Of a stretch of DNA of 64,000 bases, positions 15,617 through 29,579 are shown piece by piece. The notes beneath the pieces were generated by a model. It did not search any database. It had not been told where the DNA came from and was given only the letters and a program-made list of their open reading frames with translations. Each line of letters opens with the position of its first letter. Positions within the stretch are counted from its first letter, which is position 1. The stretch covers positions 3,968,001 through 4,032,000 of the forward strand of contig OZ218955.1 in NCBI GenBank assembly GCA_965112735.1, written 5' to 3'. Origin of the DNA: Phaeosaccion multiseriatum (taxonomy: Eukaryota > Protista > Ochrophyta, other classes). The position numbers and the translations under genes are program-made.

Positions 15617-18600
15617 TCAGCGCCTCCCGCCCGAGGCCTTGAGCTCTGCAAAGCTGATCACATGCGGCGTCTTGCCGGCCTTCGGCTTGCCCAGCTTCGT
15701 GCCCTGTTGGTTTCCCGCCCCCCCCGCCGGCCCGCTCCCTCCTCCGCCCCCTCCTCCTCCCCCCCCTCCTCCCCCGCCCCCCTGCCCGTTGTGGTCGGCG
15801 TGCAGCGGCCTGTTGTAGACCTTTTCAATACCGTAGAGCCCGTCCCTCCGGCTGTGATGGCGGGGGCGGGGGCGTCCGTCGCTCCACAAGCCTCGCGCTT
15901 GCATGGCCTCGGCGTGCGCGTTCTGGGCCTGTGAAGGGATGGCAGTGGATGGGGGATAGATCAGATCAGGCAGAGGACGGAGAACACAGGCTACTCCCGT
16001 GTTTTCATCGCCGTCACATTGCAATCAACTGCCTGTCAATCCAATCAACTCCTTCCCTTCTTTGCCTTGCATCAACTGCTTGACATCGCTTTGCCTTGCT
16101 CAAAAATGTGCTGCGTCTATCGTCCCGGTGGTTCCCACTCCCTCCAACCCAACTGCCACCTCAGCACACTCCCTCATGCCAAACACGAGAGGAAAGTCGG
16201 CCCTACACACCCACCACACATCCCCACACCCATTGACATACTACCCGTACCTCGTACTCCAACACCCTCTGCTTGATGATGGCGGCCTCGTCCTCCTGCC
16301 CCTTGCTAGAGCGCTGGGCCTGCAGGAAGAGAGACGTGTTGGAAGGGATGACGAGGTCCTGAGCCTCAAGGCGGCCCTTGTTGCCCTTCTTCAGCATCCG
16401 GAATTGCATGCCCTGCATGGATGGCAGTGGATGGGGGGAAAGGGGATGGATGGCGGTGGATGGAGGCATACACGGAAGGAGGTGGGTGGCTCAATCCATG
16501 CATGGATGAAAGACTGAAGTCAACGATTGCGGAAGTCAATGAACGTTGCTTGGTACGTGTGCTACTCGCCTCTCTCGGAGGGCAGACCCCATCTACGCCC
16601 ACTCCCCTCCCCTCCCCTCCCCTCCCTCCCTCCTCCACTCACCATGCCCCCGACGAGCGGCGTGCTGTTTGTAGTGCTCTTGACGCTCTCGGCAGCCAAC
16701 ACCACCGTCGGCGCCACCATCCTCTCCGCCTTGGCGATTCCCTCTTTGCTGAGGGCCTTACCCTTGTCCACGCTCTCGCTCATAACCTTGCTCAGCATCT
16801 TCTCGAATTCATCATCTTCCTCCGACTTGACAAACTTCTTCTCCTCGTGCAGCACAACGTCTTCATCGTCCTCTTCTTCCTCTCCTCCGCCCACTGCCAT
16901 CCCCTCCTCCTCCTCGTCCTCTTCCTCCCCCTCCCCATCCTCGTCCTCCTCCTCTCCACTGCCCGCCTCCTCATCGTCACTCCCATTGTCGGACCCGTCC
17001 TCGTCCTCTTCCTCGCTGCCGTCTTCATCACCGCTCCCATCATCCTCCTCCTCCTCCTCCTCCTCCTCCTCCTCGTCGTCGTCGTCGCCCTCCATCCCTC
17101 CCCCCACCTCCCTCCCTCCCTCCGCCTCTGCCTCGGCCTGCTTTTTGTCCCTAGTGAGCTTGGCCAAGAGGGCCTGTGCCTTGCGCCTCTCGCTCGCCTC
17201 GTGCTCCTTCCTCTCCATCTCCTCCACTGCGGCGTGGGCAGCGGCCCATGACTCGAACCTAATCAACCAACCCATACATACATACGTACAGACATACCCA
17301 TACATACATACGTACAGACATACATCAAAAGCAAGCACGGAGGGAAATGGGATCATAAGTGAAGGAGGAGAGGGAGTGGGAGAGGGACTGGAGGAGGGAC
17401 AGAAAGAGGGACGGAAAGAAAGAGAGAGAGGGGGACAAGGAGGAGAAAATGATACATACACAAATCTTTGTCCCGAGGAGCACGCGTTTCTTGTGCAAAA
17501 CACACTTCAGCATCTCGAACATCGCCAGCAGACGCATGAGTGCCCACGTGACAGGGAATGAGCCCATCTGCCACCCAGTGCCTTCCCGCTGCCCCCTCCA
17601 GTGCATTCCCTCTGTCATCTAGTGCCATCCCGTCTATTTCCCCCTGACCTGGGGATGCTGGCCTTGCTGAGCTCCTCGTCCTGCTCCTCACTCGTGGCCC
17701 CCGCCCCCGCCAAGGCCCCCCGCTTGCCCTTGCCCTTCCAGGCATTCTGCTGCTGCGTCCGTCCATTGCCATCACAGCACACGCACACAGCAACGGAATT
17801 GAGAGGGGGGAAAGAAGAGAGCAAGCAGTCAGACAGATATGTACAAGCAAAGCAAAGCAAAAAGCAAAGCAAAGGAAAGTTAATAGAGCGGAACAAAGCC
17901 CAGCCACTCGTATCCTACGCCATCCTCTGCCATCCCCTGCCATCCCCTGCCATCCCCCTAACCCATCCCCTGCCACCTCCTGCTATCCACGGCCATCCAC
18001 TGCCATCTTCCCCCCTACCTTGGCCTTGGCCTTAGCCTTGTCGCTGCCCAGGGCCCTCCTGATGCCCGCCTCGAGCTCATCCATCAGATCGAGCACAGCG
18101 AACTCCATGTCCGCAGACAGCCCTGTCAATTTCAATTTCAGTTAGGCATTGCATAGGACAAGGGGGGGGGGGGGTGTTGAGGGTAGGCAAGGAAGGAGCC
18201 AACAACCGAGCCAACAACCGAGCCCATGAGCCCATCCCAGAGGCGCATCAAGTTGGCATACCTACCCGCCCATATGTCTGTTGTCTCTCTGTCACCCACC
18301 CACTGACTTACCCGGCTTGCAGAACATGTACCGTTGCAGGTGCGTGAGGAAGCCATCCAGTGCCTTCTTTCCTGCCCCCCGCACGAAGTAACTCCCACAC
18401 GCCTCGAGCACCGCTACGCACAGGCGGATGCGCAGGTGGTCCCCCGGGGGGTCGAAGGGTGTCATCACCCTTGGGTCGACCTTGGCCCAGGGGGACACGA
18501 GAGCCCTAAGGGGCTCCTGTTGCTCTTCCTCCACCTTCTCCTCCTCCCCCTCCTTTGCCCCCGCCTCGGCTTCGGTCTCCGCGTCTGCCTGCCTATATGC

Positions 18601-21600
18601 CTCCGATGCCTCTGCCGGATTGCTGCCCTCCTCTCGTCCCCCTGCTGCGCCAGTTGGTGCTTCAGCAGCCTCAGCCTCAGTCCTCCCCTCCACCCCCTCC
18701 TCCGTCGTGGCTGTGGCCGAGCTTGCGCCCTCCTCTTCTGTACCACCAACGGGTGCAGCACTCACAGCTGGCGCTGGTTGCTGGGGCACCTCTCGCATGA
18801 AGGGTAGCACCTCGTGGCCGGCGTCGAGGCAGCGCTGCAGAGTGTCGAACACGAGCCCCACAGACACCAAGTTGTAGTTGTACAGCTCGCCTTCATACAG
18901 TACACATATAGCGATGGAGGATGGCAGCAAATGGATGGATAGGATGGAGGGAGTGACAAGTCGTCAGACCGAGCACGAGAGGGATGCGAAGAGCGGACAC
19001 GAGTCACGCAAGGCAAGACGGCAACAAGAGTAAGTCAACAATCGGCGTATGGCCAGAGGCATATGGGCAGGCACGAGCTGATGGCGTAGAGAGCGCGGTG
19101 CAGAACAGGCAAGGGGGGGAGGGCAGTGTGGAGACAACCAACCGCCCCTCCCCATCCACCGCCATCCCTTCCTCCCCATTCACTGCCATCCCTCTCCTCC
19201 CATCCACTGCCATCCCGCCCCTCCCCATCCACCGCCATCCCTTCCTCCCCATTCACTGCCATCCCTCTCCTCCCATCCACTGCCATCCCGCCCCTCCCCA
19301 TCCACCGCCATCCCTTCCTCCCCATTCACTGCCATCCCTCTCCTCCCATCCACTGCCATCCCTCCCCTCCCCATCCACCGCCATCCCTTCCTCCCCATTC
19401 ACTGCCATCCCTACTCACGAAGCAAGGGTAGACAAATCACCCCCCCGAACCCTGCCCATCTACTGCCATCTGCCATGCCTCCATTGACTGCCGTCCCTCC
19501 CATCTACTGCCATGCCTCCATTGACTGCCGTCCCTCCTCACCGAGCAGACGCATTAGCCCTACGCGCTTCTGAAAGTTGCGCTTGGCCCCGGGGGGGCTC
19601 TCCAGAGCACGGTCCAGCTCCTCCTGCAAAGGATGGCAACAGCAGGCGGCGGAGGAGGAGGAGGAGGATGAGGTGGAGGAGGAGGAAGTGGAGGAGGGGG
19701 AGGTTCACGATACGACACTTGATATGCATACGTACCGCCCAAGCGTTTGCTTGGCCTTCAAACCTCAAACACAAACCAATCTGTAACTGTTCCTCAATCT
19801 GTAACTGTTGCTCACCAGGATGGCGTCGATGGTGAATGTGGCGAGGTCGGGGTGGTAACGTGCCAGGCCAGCGAGGACGTCCGCACAGAGCATCATGTGG
19901 CTGAACTTCGACTTTGTCACCTGCCAAGCAGTGCCAAGCAGTCAGCAACACACCGCTAAGATGATCATAGACACCCGTGTAGACAGAACAAGACACACAC
20001 GCCCAGTCCACCCACACCTCCTCCCCATCCACATACCTTTAACAACACTTTGAGCACTTCCTGCTCTACCCTCTGCTCCTTGTCGAGCCACGGAAGCTTC
20101 CTCAGCAGCTTGAGGCAGTCCTCCACAGAATGCTTGTCGAGCTTCTGCATCAAGACGTGGCGGATGAAGAGCTGCAGGGGGGTGCGTTGCTTCACCACGC
20201 GGGCCGTCCGCTCGGGGGGCCTGACGAGGGGAGGGGGGGAGGGGAGTGGTGAGAGGGAGGGGGAGGAGGAGGAAGGGAGAGATGCTCACTCACTCACTCA
20301 CGCTCTACCCCATGGCCCCACTGCCCCACTCACTTGCAGCTATAGAAGGCGTTGTCGATGAGCGTTTCGTAGCGGGGGTCCAAATTCTTGGCGCGCTTGA
20401 GTCTCTGCAGGATCTGCAGCACCGCGTCTGTGCGTGCGTGCGTGGCAGGGAGGCGGTACAGGAAGCGACCGCACGTCTCCAGCAGAGCCACCACCATCTC
20501 TGGAGGGGCGGTATGCGATGCCATGGCAGTGGATGGCAGTGGGTGGCAGTGGGATGGCAGTGAGTGGGGAGAGGGAGGTGTTTGTGTGTGTGTGTGATGG
20601 ACGTGGCGAGAGAGAGAGAGAGGCAGAGGGTGGACACAACGGCACGGAAAGGGGTGAACGGGGCACCCGCCCGTCCGCCGTCGGAGAGAAAGAGAAAAGA
20701 CAGGAAGGGAGGGAGAGAGGCAGGCAGAGATTTCCCCCTTTCCTCTGCTCTGCTTCACACTGCCTGCCCATATGACCATGCCTGCCCGTACGCTTGTCCC
20801 TCCCTGCCCATATGACCCACCGATATTGTGGTGGTGGAAGTCGTCGAGGCAGGCCTTCATGCAGTGGAAGGCGAGCATGGGGGGCGCCACGCGGAACTTC
20901 ACAAGCTCGCCGATGAAGCGGCACACCTATTGGTGATACAGGGCGGGGGGTGTCAGGACATACGGTGGAGCGGGTGGGCTCTCACCAACCTTTGTCTTAC
21001 CTTTGTCTTGGTCTCCAGCCCGTCGCGGCTCTTGTTCTTTCTGATGCAGTATCTGGTGTCAGGGAGGGGAATGGATGGCAGTGGATGGGGAGGCGAGTCG
21101 AGGGAAGGGGAGAGGTTATTGTCTTCACTTGCTCCTCGATTGAAGTACATGTAGTGTATTTTCAAGTTCTCGAGACGAGAGAGTGAAGGCCGAATACCAA
21201 AACCCTGACAACCCCCCCCCTCTGACCTGAAGTGCCTCTTGAGGTCGTCAAGCAGGGGCTCTGCCACGCCCTTGATGACCCTGTCCAGCGTGGCCACCAG
21301 CCTGCTGTATTGGGGGAGAAGGTCGAGCGCCTGGCGGGGCACGTCGATGATGGCCTGCACAAGGCGCCTTCGGAGAGGGGGGAGGTGTATGGGCAGAGCA
21401 GGATAGAGGTGTATGGGCGGGGCAAGGGTGGAGGTGAATACGCGAGGTAGAGTAGAAGTGTATGGGCGGGGCACGGCAGTGTAGAGGTGTTTGGACAGAG
21501 CAGTGTATAGGGGTATGGAAAAGTGGCGCAGGGAGAAGTGGTGCGGCGTTGGACGCCACACATACAGACAGATCACAGATCAGTCACAGATGGCATGTAG

Positions 21601-24600
21601 TCCAAGTGCTGAATGAGTGATGGCGAATGTGCGCCAGCCGCCCCTCCCCCTCCCCTCCCCCCGCTACTCACTTCCTGGCGCTCTTGCTGTTGTGATAACA
21701 GAACTTGACAGCGAAGTCGTCCGTCTTCTCCCTGTTGTGGCAGTGGGGAAGCTCCTCCTCCAACAGCAACACAAGCTGAGCGTTCCTCCGGCCCTGATCA
21801 CCAGCAGCGGGCCCTCCCTCCGCCCCATCCCCCTCGGCTTCGTCGTGGTCCGCGTCGCCCTCTCCCGCGGGTGCCCCGTCCCCCACTGACATGGTGCGAA
21901 TGTCCTCCGCGAGCTTCTCTGCCTCGCTGCTGCCGCTGCTGCCGCTGCTGGTCGCACCTCCCTTTCCTCCTCCGCTTGCCTTCTCTCCCTCTTCCTCTGC
22001 CCCTTCCGCATTACTGTTGTCAGCTGCTGCTGCACCTTCCGCTTCTCCGTCCTCCCCCTCCCCTTCCTCCTCCACCTCCACGCCCTCCTCCACTCCTTCC
22101 CCTTCCCCCTCCTCCCCCCCCACCCCCCCTGCCTTGATGCCCTCCTGCCTCACCCTGTTCTCCTCCTTGATACGCTCCACATCCCCCTCCGATAGCCCAA
22201 GGAGAGAGGCTGGCACCATGCTCAGTAAGTCAGGAAGGTTCTCATAGAAGCTCCTGGGAAGGGGGGTAGAGGCAAGGAGAGAGAAGGGGGAGGGAGGGAG
22301 GGAGGGAGGGAGGGAGGAAGGAAGGTCAGAGAGAGAAAGAGATGAAGACACACAGAGAGAGAAAGAGAAGACACATGCTATAGAAGGCCCCCACATGGGA
22401 TGGCAGCGGATGGCGGAGGCAAGCTGGTCTGAACAGGCAGACGTCGTCTTGGATAATTGTTCTTCCCCGCTCCCTCCCTCCCCCTCACACACCCTCACAC
22501 CCCCCCAACGCACCTTGTCTCCTCGTCCTCGAAAGGGCCCGTGTTGCCCCCCCCCTCCGCACCGCCCACGCCCCCATCCCAGACGCTGATGCCGCCCCCC
22601 TCACCCCCCTCCTCCCCCTCCTCCTTCTCCTCGGGCAGGTCGGGGGGGTCCTTCCCCAAGGCCTCGCAAAGGTGCTGCACATTGACAAGCAACTTCTCGT
22701 AGGCACGTTGCGACTCCTGTAGTAAGTCAGCAAGTAGCGCAGTAAGTCAGTACAGTAAGTCAAAGTATGTGTGTGGGCGCGTGTGTTTGTGCATGTGTTT
22801 GACGTGTGCGTGCGTACGTGCGTGCGTGCGCCCGGCAGGAGCCACCAGAGTATTACACGAAGCGCCCCTCCGCCTGCACACAACACAGTACTACACTCGC
22901 CTCAAGGTTCTTCTCCTTGTCCTCGGTGAGGGACCCGTTGAGTAAGGCGTCCCTCTCCATCCTCTTCTGCAGCTTTCTGAGCCGCGTGTGAGACAACACC
23001 AAGTGCGAGGAGAGGGCCTCGTGAGCCCCGAACACACAGGCCGTGAATTTGCTTCGCGTGTTGTCATCCACCACGGGCACCTTCTCCGGGGGCGTCGCCA
23101 AGGCACCTGCGGCTTCGAGCACTGCGAGCACTCGTCGGGACTGGTCAAGGAATACGAGTGAATGGAACGAGTGAAGGAATGAGTGAATAGAATGAGTGAA
23201 AGGAAAGAGTGAAGGAATGAGTGAAGGAATGGAGCAGAGGCACAGGGGGAGAGGGGAGGAGCGGAGAGAGTGCGGGCAGGGAGAGGGGCGTAAGATTGAT
23301 CTCAGGTCCAGTTCTCAGCTGTCAGACTCCCTGCCCCTCCCTCTCCCCTCCTTCCCTCCCTCCCTCCCTAGCTCACTCACTCACTCACTCCCTCACTCCC
23401 TCACTCACTCACTCACTCACTTACTCACTCACTCCCTAGCTCATTCACTCCCTCACTCCCTCCCTCACTCACTCACCCACTCACTCACTCCCTCCCTCCC
23501 TCACTCCCTCACTCACTCCCTCACTCACCGGCACTCCTAGCATCTCATAGCCGGCCTGCTTGACAAAGGCCACGAGCAGCGCCACATCGCTCTCCTTCAT
23601 CTCCTTCGGACACGGACACACCGTAGGCCCACCCCTCCCTACCCCTCCACCTCCTCCGTCTCCCCCCTCACCCCCCCCGGCCCCCCGCTGGTTGATGGCC
23701 TGGGTGGCTGCGAGCTGCCTCACTATCCTGAGCAGCAGTGTGGAGCCATCAAACACTCCGGCAAGGTGAAGCTCTACGAGAAGTCTGAGGCTGATGCGCC
23801 GCCGCTTCACCAGCTCCTGTAGGGGAGGAGGGGAGGGAGGGAGCGGATATAGAGACACACAGACAGAGAGAGAGGAAGTCAGAAGAGGGGGATGGCAGTG
23901 GATGGGGGGAACACCAGAGGGGCGGGGAGCTTGTTGCATGTACCGCTTCGTTTTCGTCCAGGCAAGTGTCCAAGCCAACCACGCCCACCCACCGACGCCA
24001 TAGCCTCTCTTTTGCTGTCCTGACACCCAGCAATGTGCGGATACCCAAATGCCTATACCCACCTTGTCTGCCTCGCTCATGTCGGAGGCCCTGTGTGGCA
24101 CCACGCCCCCCCCGGGGCCCGTCCCCCCCGGGACGAAGACAGCGGCGAGCTTGGGCACCAGGGCCGAGGAGAAATCGTCGTAGCGAGTATGCATCAGGCA
24201 GCACACGTGGATCTGTAAGGGGCGGGATGGTAGTTCATGGGGATAGGGTGAGATGGCAGTTCATGGCAGGGAGTGAGGATGACAGTTTATGGCAAGGAAT
24301 GAGGATGGCAGTTTATGGCAGAGAGTGAGGATGGCAGTCCATGGGTGTGGACAGGGAGAGAGAGGTGGCGAGATGCGACAGAAAAGAAGGCGAAAGAAAG
24401 GGCATTTGGTACACCAAGAGAGAAGCAACGCAAAAGGTGGTGCACTCAAGTAGAAACAGAGAGAGACCCCTTCCCCTTCCCCCTCCCCTCCCACGCACCG
24501 CGACGGGCACATCAGCGGGGCGAAGCTTAGCGTCAACGATGGCGTCGACGATCTCACTGACGAAGCGACTGAGATTGAGCGACTGGATGTCCTTGGTCAG

Positions 24601-26544
24601 GGAGGCACGCTGCTCAGCCTGCATGAGCTTCACCTGAGGGGAGGGGGGGGTGGCAGTGGATGGGGAGGGGGGAGAGACTCACTGACTGACTGACGGACTG
24701 ACTGACCGACAGACCGACAGACCGCCTGAAAGACCAGCATGACAGCATGACAGCATGACACGAGCGGCAGCAGGCAGCAAGGGCCCCTCCAGCCCAAAAG
24801 CCCCCTCTTGTACCTTGTTGGTGAAGGTGGTGGTTCTCTTGAAGTCGCTCTTGAGCCCCCCCTTGCCCTTCTCCCACGCCGCCCTGGACGCAGCCACCGC
24901 TTCAGGAGAATTTTCAGCGCGCTGCCGTCTGGGGAGGGGAGGGGAGGGGATTTAGAGGCATATGGGGAGGGGAGGAGGGAGACAGGGGGGTTGCTTTGCT
25001 TAGCTTTGCTTTGAACGAGCTCTGACCACAAAAGACCACCGCCCATCCCCGGGGTACTTGTCTGCCCATATGCCTGCCCATCACAACCGACTACTGACTC
25101 ACCTGCGCTCCTCCTCCTCGTCCTTCATGTCTTGCACCATTGCCAGGGCTTCAAACTGGGCCTCAAGTTGCACGCGCGCCGCCTCTTCCTCCTCCTCCCT
25201 CTTCCTCTTCTCCTCCTCCTCCTTGCGCTTCACCTCCGCCTCCCTCCTCCTTACCTCCTCCATCTCCTTCCGTCGTGCCTCCTCCTCCTGCTTGGCCTTC
25301 TCCTCCTTCTGCCTCTTTAGCTCTGCCTCCCTCTTCACCTGGGCCTCCTTGGCTGCCTTGGCAGCTTCCCTCAGCTTTGCCTCTCTGACAAGCTTTGCTT
25401 CTCTCGCCGCCTTGGCATCAGCCTCGGCCTTAGCCTTTGCTGCTGTCTGCTTGCTCGACGCCAAGGCCCTCGCCTGGACCTCTTTACTCGCCGACAGGAC
25501 TGGGAATGCTTCGCTCCTTGCGCCGCCACTGCCGCTACAACTGCCGCTGCTGCTCTTGCTGTTGCTGCTTCCTCCTCTCTGGCTGTTGCGGGTGCCCTTA
25601 CTAGTAATACTGCTACTGCTACTGCTGCTGCCCACACCTGCTGCAGTGGTGCTAGCCCCAGAGCCCCGTCCGGCGCCCTTGCCGCCCTGAGAAGCCCCAG
25701 GAGGCGTACCACCAACTGTTGCTGCTGCTGTACCACCAACTGCTGGTGCTGCTCCCGATGCTGCTCCTCCTGCACCCCGCCCTCCTCGCTTGTCCTTCCT
25801 GCCGGCGCTCCTGCCGCTCCTCGCCCCTGCCTCAGGGGCCGGCGCAGACGCGGAGGACGGAGGAGGAGCAACAGCAGTACCCGCACCAGCAGCACCACCC
25901 GAACCGAGCCGCTGGCCAACCTGCTGCCCCCCTGCCGCCACATTCGGTACGTCCGCTGTTGCTGCTCCTCCTGCTGCTGCTGGTCCCGGGGCTGCTCCCC
26001 CCTGTCTCGGTGCTCCGTTCATCTGCTGCTGACCTTGACCCCTGCCACTCCCCACAGCGCCCGCTCCTCCCCTGCCCGCCCCTCCCGACGACACGGACGA
26101 CCCTGCCCTGCTGTCCTTCTCTCGGTCTCTGTCTTTTGTCCTACCTCCTCGACGCCCCTTCCGGCCGTTGTCCTCTCCCCCCCCTCTTCCTCCTCCTCCG
26201 GTTGCTCGCCCATCTGCACCTCCGGATGGCGGAGGCGGTGGCAGGACTGCTCCCCCTCCCGGTAGTGGTGGTGATGCTACCTTCCCTCTCCCCGTTCCAC
26301 TCCCCGCTCCCCTCCCGGCTCCTCCATCCTCTCCTCCTCGCCCAGCATTCACAGGTGCACTTGCTACTGGTGCTCCTTCTCCTCCTCTCCCTGCTCCTCC
26401 TCCTGCGCCTCTCCCGCCGCCCCTCCCTCCCCTACCTCCCCCCCTCCCCCCACCTCGTCCTCCCCGCCCCCCCTGCCCACCTCCCCTCGAGGACTTCCCT
26501 CCTCCTCCTCCTCCTCCTCCTCCTCCTCCTGGATTGCCGTTCAT
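15617..26544 (-). CDS. UPF2: Regulator of nonsense transcripts 2 (3 MIF4G domains plus Upf2 C-terminal domain; multi-exon)
   Basis: LKSDFKRTTTFTNKV..LNLSRFVSEIVDAI; RSFYENLPDL; LDLLPQYSRLVATL; RFIGELVKFRVAP..CLDDFHHHNI; LLETCGRFLYR..LIDNAFYSC; GELYNYNLV; DPPGDHLRIRL; EDDEFEKML; FRMLKKGNKG..IKQRVLEYE. Confidence 0.95.
19143..19412. repeat. Minisatellite built from CCATCCACTGCCATCCC subunits (about 70-bp higher-order unit)
   Basis: Directly visible in a UPF2 intron. Confidence 0.85.
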
Positions 26545-26976
26545 CGATCTGCCCCAGACTCAAGGACGAAACATCTCGCGCAGCCTCGCGGCATTTCTTC
26601 CCTCCTCCTCAGGCAGCTTCCTGGCGTATTCCTATCCCCCTTTCAGCTGCTCCGACACTCCGCCTTGCTGTTGTTTCTTTTCTCCTTTGCCTTCCTCCGT
26701 CTCCCTCTCTTTCTCCAATTTTTTCAGGCGGTGCGGTGGGTGCTGAGCGCTTCCTGCTGGTGTGCTCTTACACGAAGATTCTCCGTCTCTCGATGATATC
26801 TGTACACATGTCCGACCTTTCTGTCGCCCTATGCTCTTCTCGCTGTTCTCGTCTGTGCGAGATGGTGTGAATGTCGGATGTCTGAAAAGTCGAGTCGATC
26901 GATTTTAAAAATCGACTCACTCAAAGTAAAAGACCAAAAAAAAAGAAAGTAAAAGCAAAAGGGAAGGACGAGAGCC
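26545..26976. promoter_or_regulatory. Putative bidirectional promoter UPF2/FAAH-like
   Basis: Divergent starts about 430 bp apart; contains an AT-centred palindrome at about 26892-26918. Confidence 0.5.
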
Positions 26977-27568
26977 ATGATACGGAGCCACGCGCACTGG
27001 GTGTCTGTTGGGGAGAGGGTTAGGAAGGAGAGAGACGACAAGGAGCACCTCTGCCTGCAGCAAGATGGAGACGCAAACGAAGGGGGCATCACCTCCCTCT
27101 TGGCGCACGAGCTCAAGCGCGAGATGGAGAGCGGGCGCCTTCGCTGCGAGCAGATCGTGACGGCGTTCTGCAGGAGGAGCCATGCGGTGGGCAGAGGAGT
27201 GCTGAACTGCGTCACGGAGGAAGTGTACGACGAGGCCATCGAAGCAGTAAGTTCACCTTTGGGGGGGTGATTGCATGTACGCCTTGGATCACATTCGACG
27301 CATGCCTCCCATCAGTCCTGCATACCTCCACTACCACCCCTGCGTCTCTCTCCCCCCCCCCCAGGCACGAGAGCTGGATCTGAGACGTGCAAATGGCTCC
27401 CTCACTACCGCTGACCTCGCCAAGCCCTTGCTGGGGGTGCCCGTGAGCATCAAAGACTCCTTCCATCAGGTGCGGATGGCCGAGGCACGGCCGATGGACA
27501 AGAGGTCATCTGTCTCTCTCTCTCCCCTCTCTCTCTCTCTCCTTCCCTCGCTCTGGCTCTCTCTCTCG

Positions 27569-27603
<35 letters not shown>

Positions 27604-29545
27604 CCCCCTCTCTCTCTCTCCTTCCCTCTGGCTCTCCCTCTCTTTGGTTCTCCCTCTTGTGGCCAGCTCTCAATTTAGGACCCACTCACCCACTCGCCCA
27701 CTACCCAGTCACCCACCCCCCACACCTCCCCCCTTTGTAACTGTAATTATGCCACAGAGGGGAACGAGGGCCACATGTGGGGTGGCCTGCAAGGCGGAGG
27801 ATGTGGCGGAGGAGGACGGGCTGGTGGTCAAGCTGCTGAGAGAGGCAGGGGCCATTCCCTTCGTCAAGTCCAACACACCGCAGGTATACGGTAGATAGAC
27901 AGATTGGCGAGGTAGATGGATAGGGGATACGAAGACAAAAGGCAAATGGGCGATTCTTGTCTCTCTCTGCTCGCAGCATGAAAGATGCATGGGAGAGCGG
28001 GACAGAGCAGAGCAGAGCAGAGTTGAGTGAGTTCAGGGTCAAGGGACGGGCAGATTGATCAACACTTCACGTACCAAGGGGTGATGCCGAAGTAGGCGAG
28101 GAGATGGATGGACGGACGGAAGGATGGATGTGCCCACTAACTTGTGAGATACCCGTACCACCTACTCTCATTGCTCAGCTGCTCATGACCATCGAGTCCA
28201 CCAATCGTGTGTGGGGGCAGTCCGATAACCCCTGGAAGGCCGACAGGGGCACGGTGAGTGGGAGAGGTGAGTGGGAGTGGAGAGTGCTGGGGGGCCCTCC
28301 TCTCAGGCGGCTGTGCTAACGAGGAGAGAAGGCGCCAGGGCCACGGGAGGACACAAGCAGCACGCAAGTATCGACACGTGTGTGCACTCGTACCCAACCG
28401 CTTCCACTTCCCATACGTACGATACACTCCCACCATGTCACACCTCGACCCCTGTTGCCTCCCCTCTGTTCCTCCCCCCTCTTTTGATTCTCTTCTCTTG
28501 TCTTGTGCCTTGCATGAATCCCACTCTCAACATATCCTCCTCTCCATCTGCCTCTCTCCTCCTCTGCATCTACCGATCAACCCCAATCCAACAGGGCGGC
28601 AGCAGCGGCGGCGAGGGCGGCCTTGTGTCTGCCCGCGCGTCCCCCCTGGTAAGCACTCCCATTCATGCTATGTTGTGATATATCGATGTCGACATCGTAT
28701 ATCGATGTCTACATTCGCTGATGCTTGTCTAACCCTACATGTGCAGGGCTTGGGCTCTGACATCGGGGGCTCCATCCGTATCCCTGCGGCCTTCTGTGGT
28801 ACGTGCGGTTTTAAGCCCACCACCAACAGGTTCACCTTCAAGGGCAGCGCGGTAAGAAGACCACGTACTTACTTTCCTCCCTTCCTCCCTTCCTACCAAC
28901 CTACCTACCTACCTTCCCACCCTTCTTCCTACCAACCTTCCTACGTACCTACCTACCTAACGTGTGGCAACATTTGCCACTAATGTTTCGCTACGTTCAC
29001 CCCCAACGTAACGGCCGCGCACAGGTGCCCCGGCTGAACGCTCGGAGCGGACAGATCGCCATACCTCCTGTGGCCGGCCCGCTCGCCAACTGCGTAGAGG
29101 ACTGCTCGCTGCTCATGCAGGTCAGGGGCGGGGATGGCACTTGATGGAGAGAGGCCGAGATGGCACTTGATGGATCCTCCGCCCCTGTGTGCCAGAGTAG
29201 GACTTTGGACTCAGACTTTGCCTTTGGCGCTCTGTCCCACTCAGTCCATGTTGGTGGGTTTACTCTTGACTGTGTATGCGTTCCCTCTCCAGCTCATATG
29301 CCATCTGTGACCACCATCGAGTGCCATCGACTGGCATCCACTGCCACCGTCGACAGTAGACGTATGCCTGCCTACCCACCCACACACCGCACTGACCCTA
29401 ACCCTAACCTCCTACCTCCTTCCTCCCTGGGAGTAGGCTCTGTCCACGCCCACAGCCTGGCGCGACGACCCCTACGCCGCTCCTGTCCCTTGGGATGCAG
29501 CCGAAGCTACCACCGGCATTAGCGACAGCAGCAGCAGCAGCAGCA

Positions 29546-29579
<34 letters not shown>

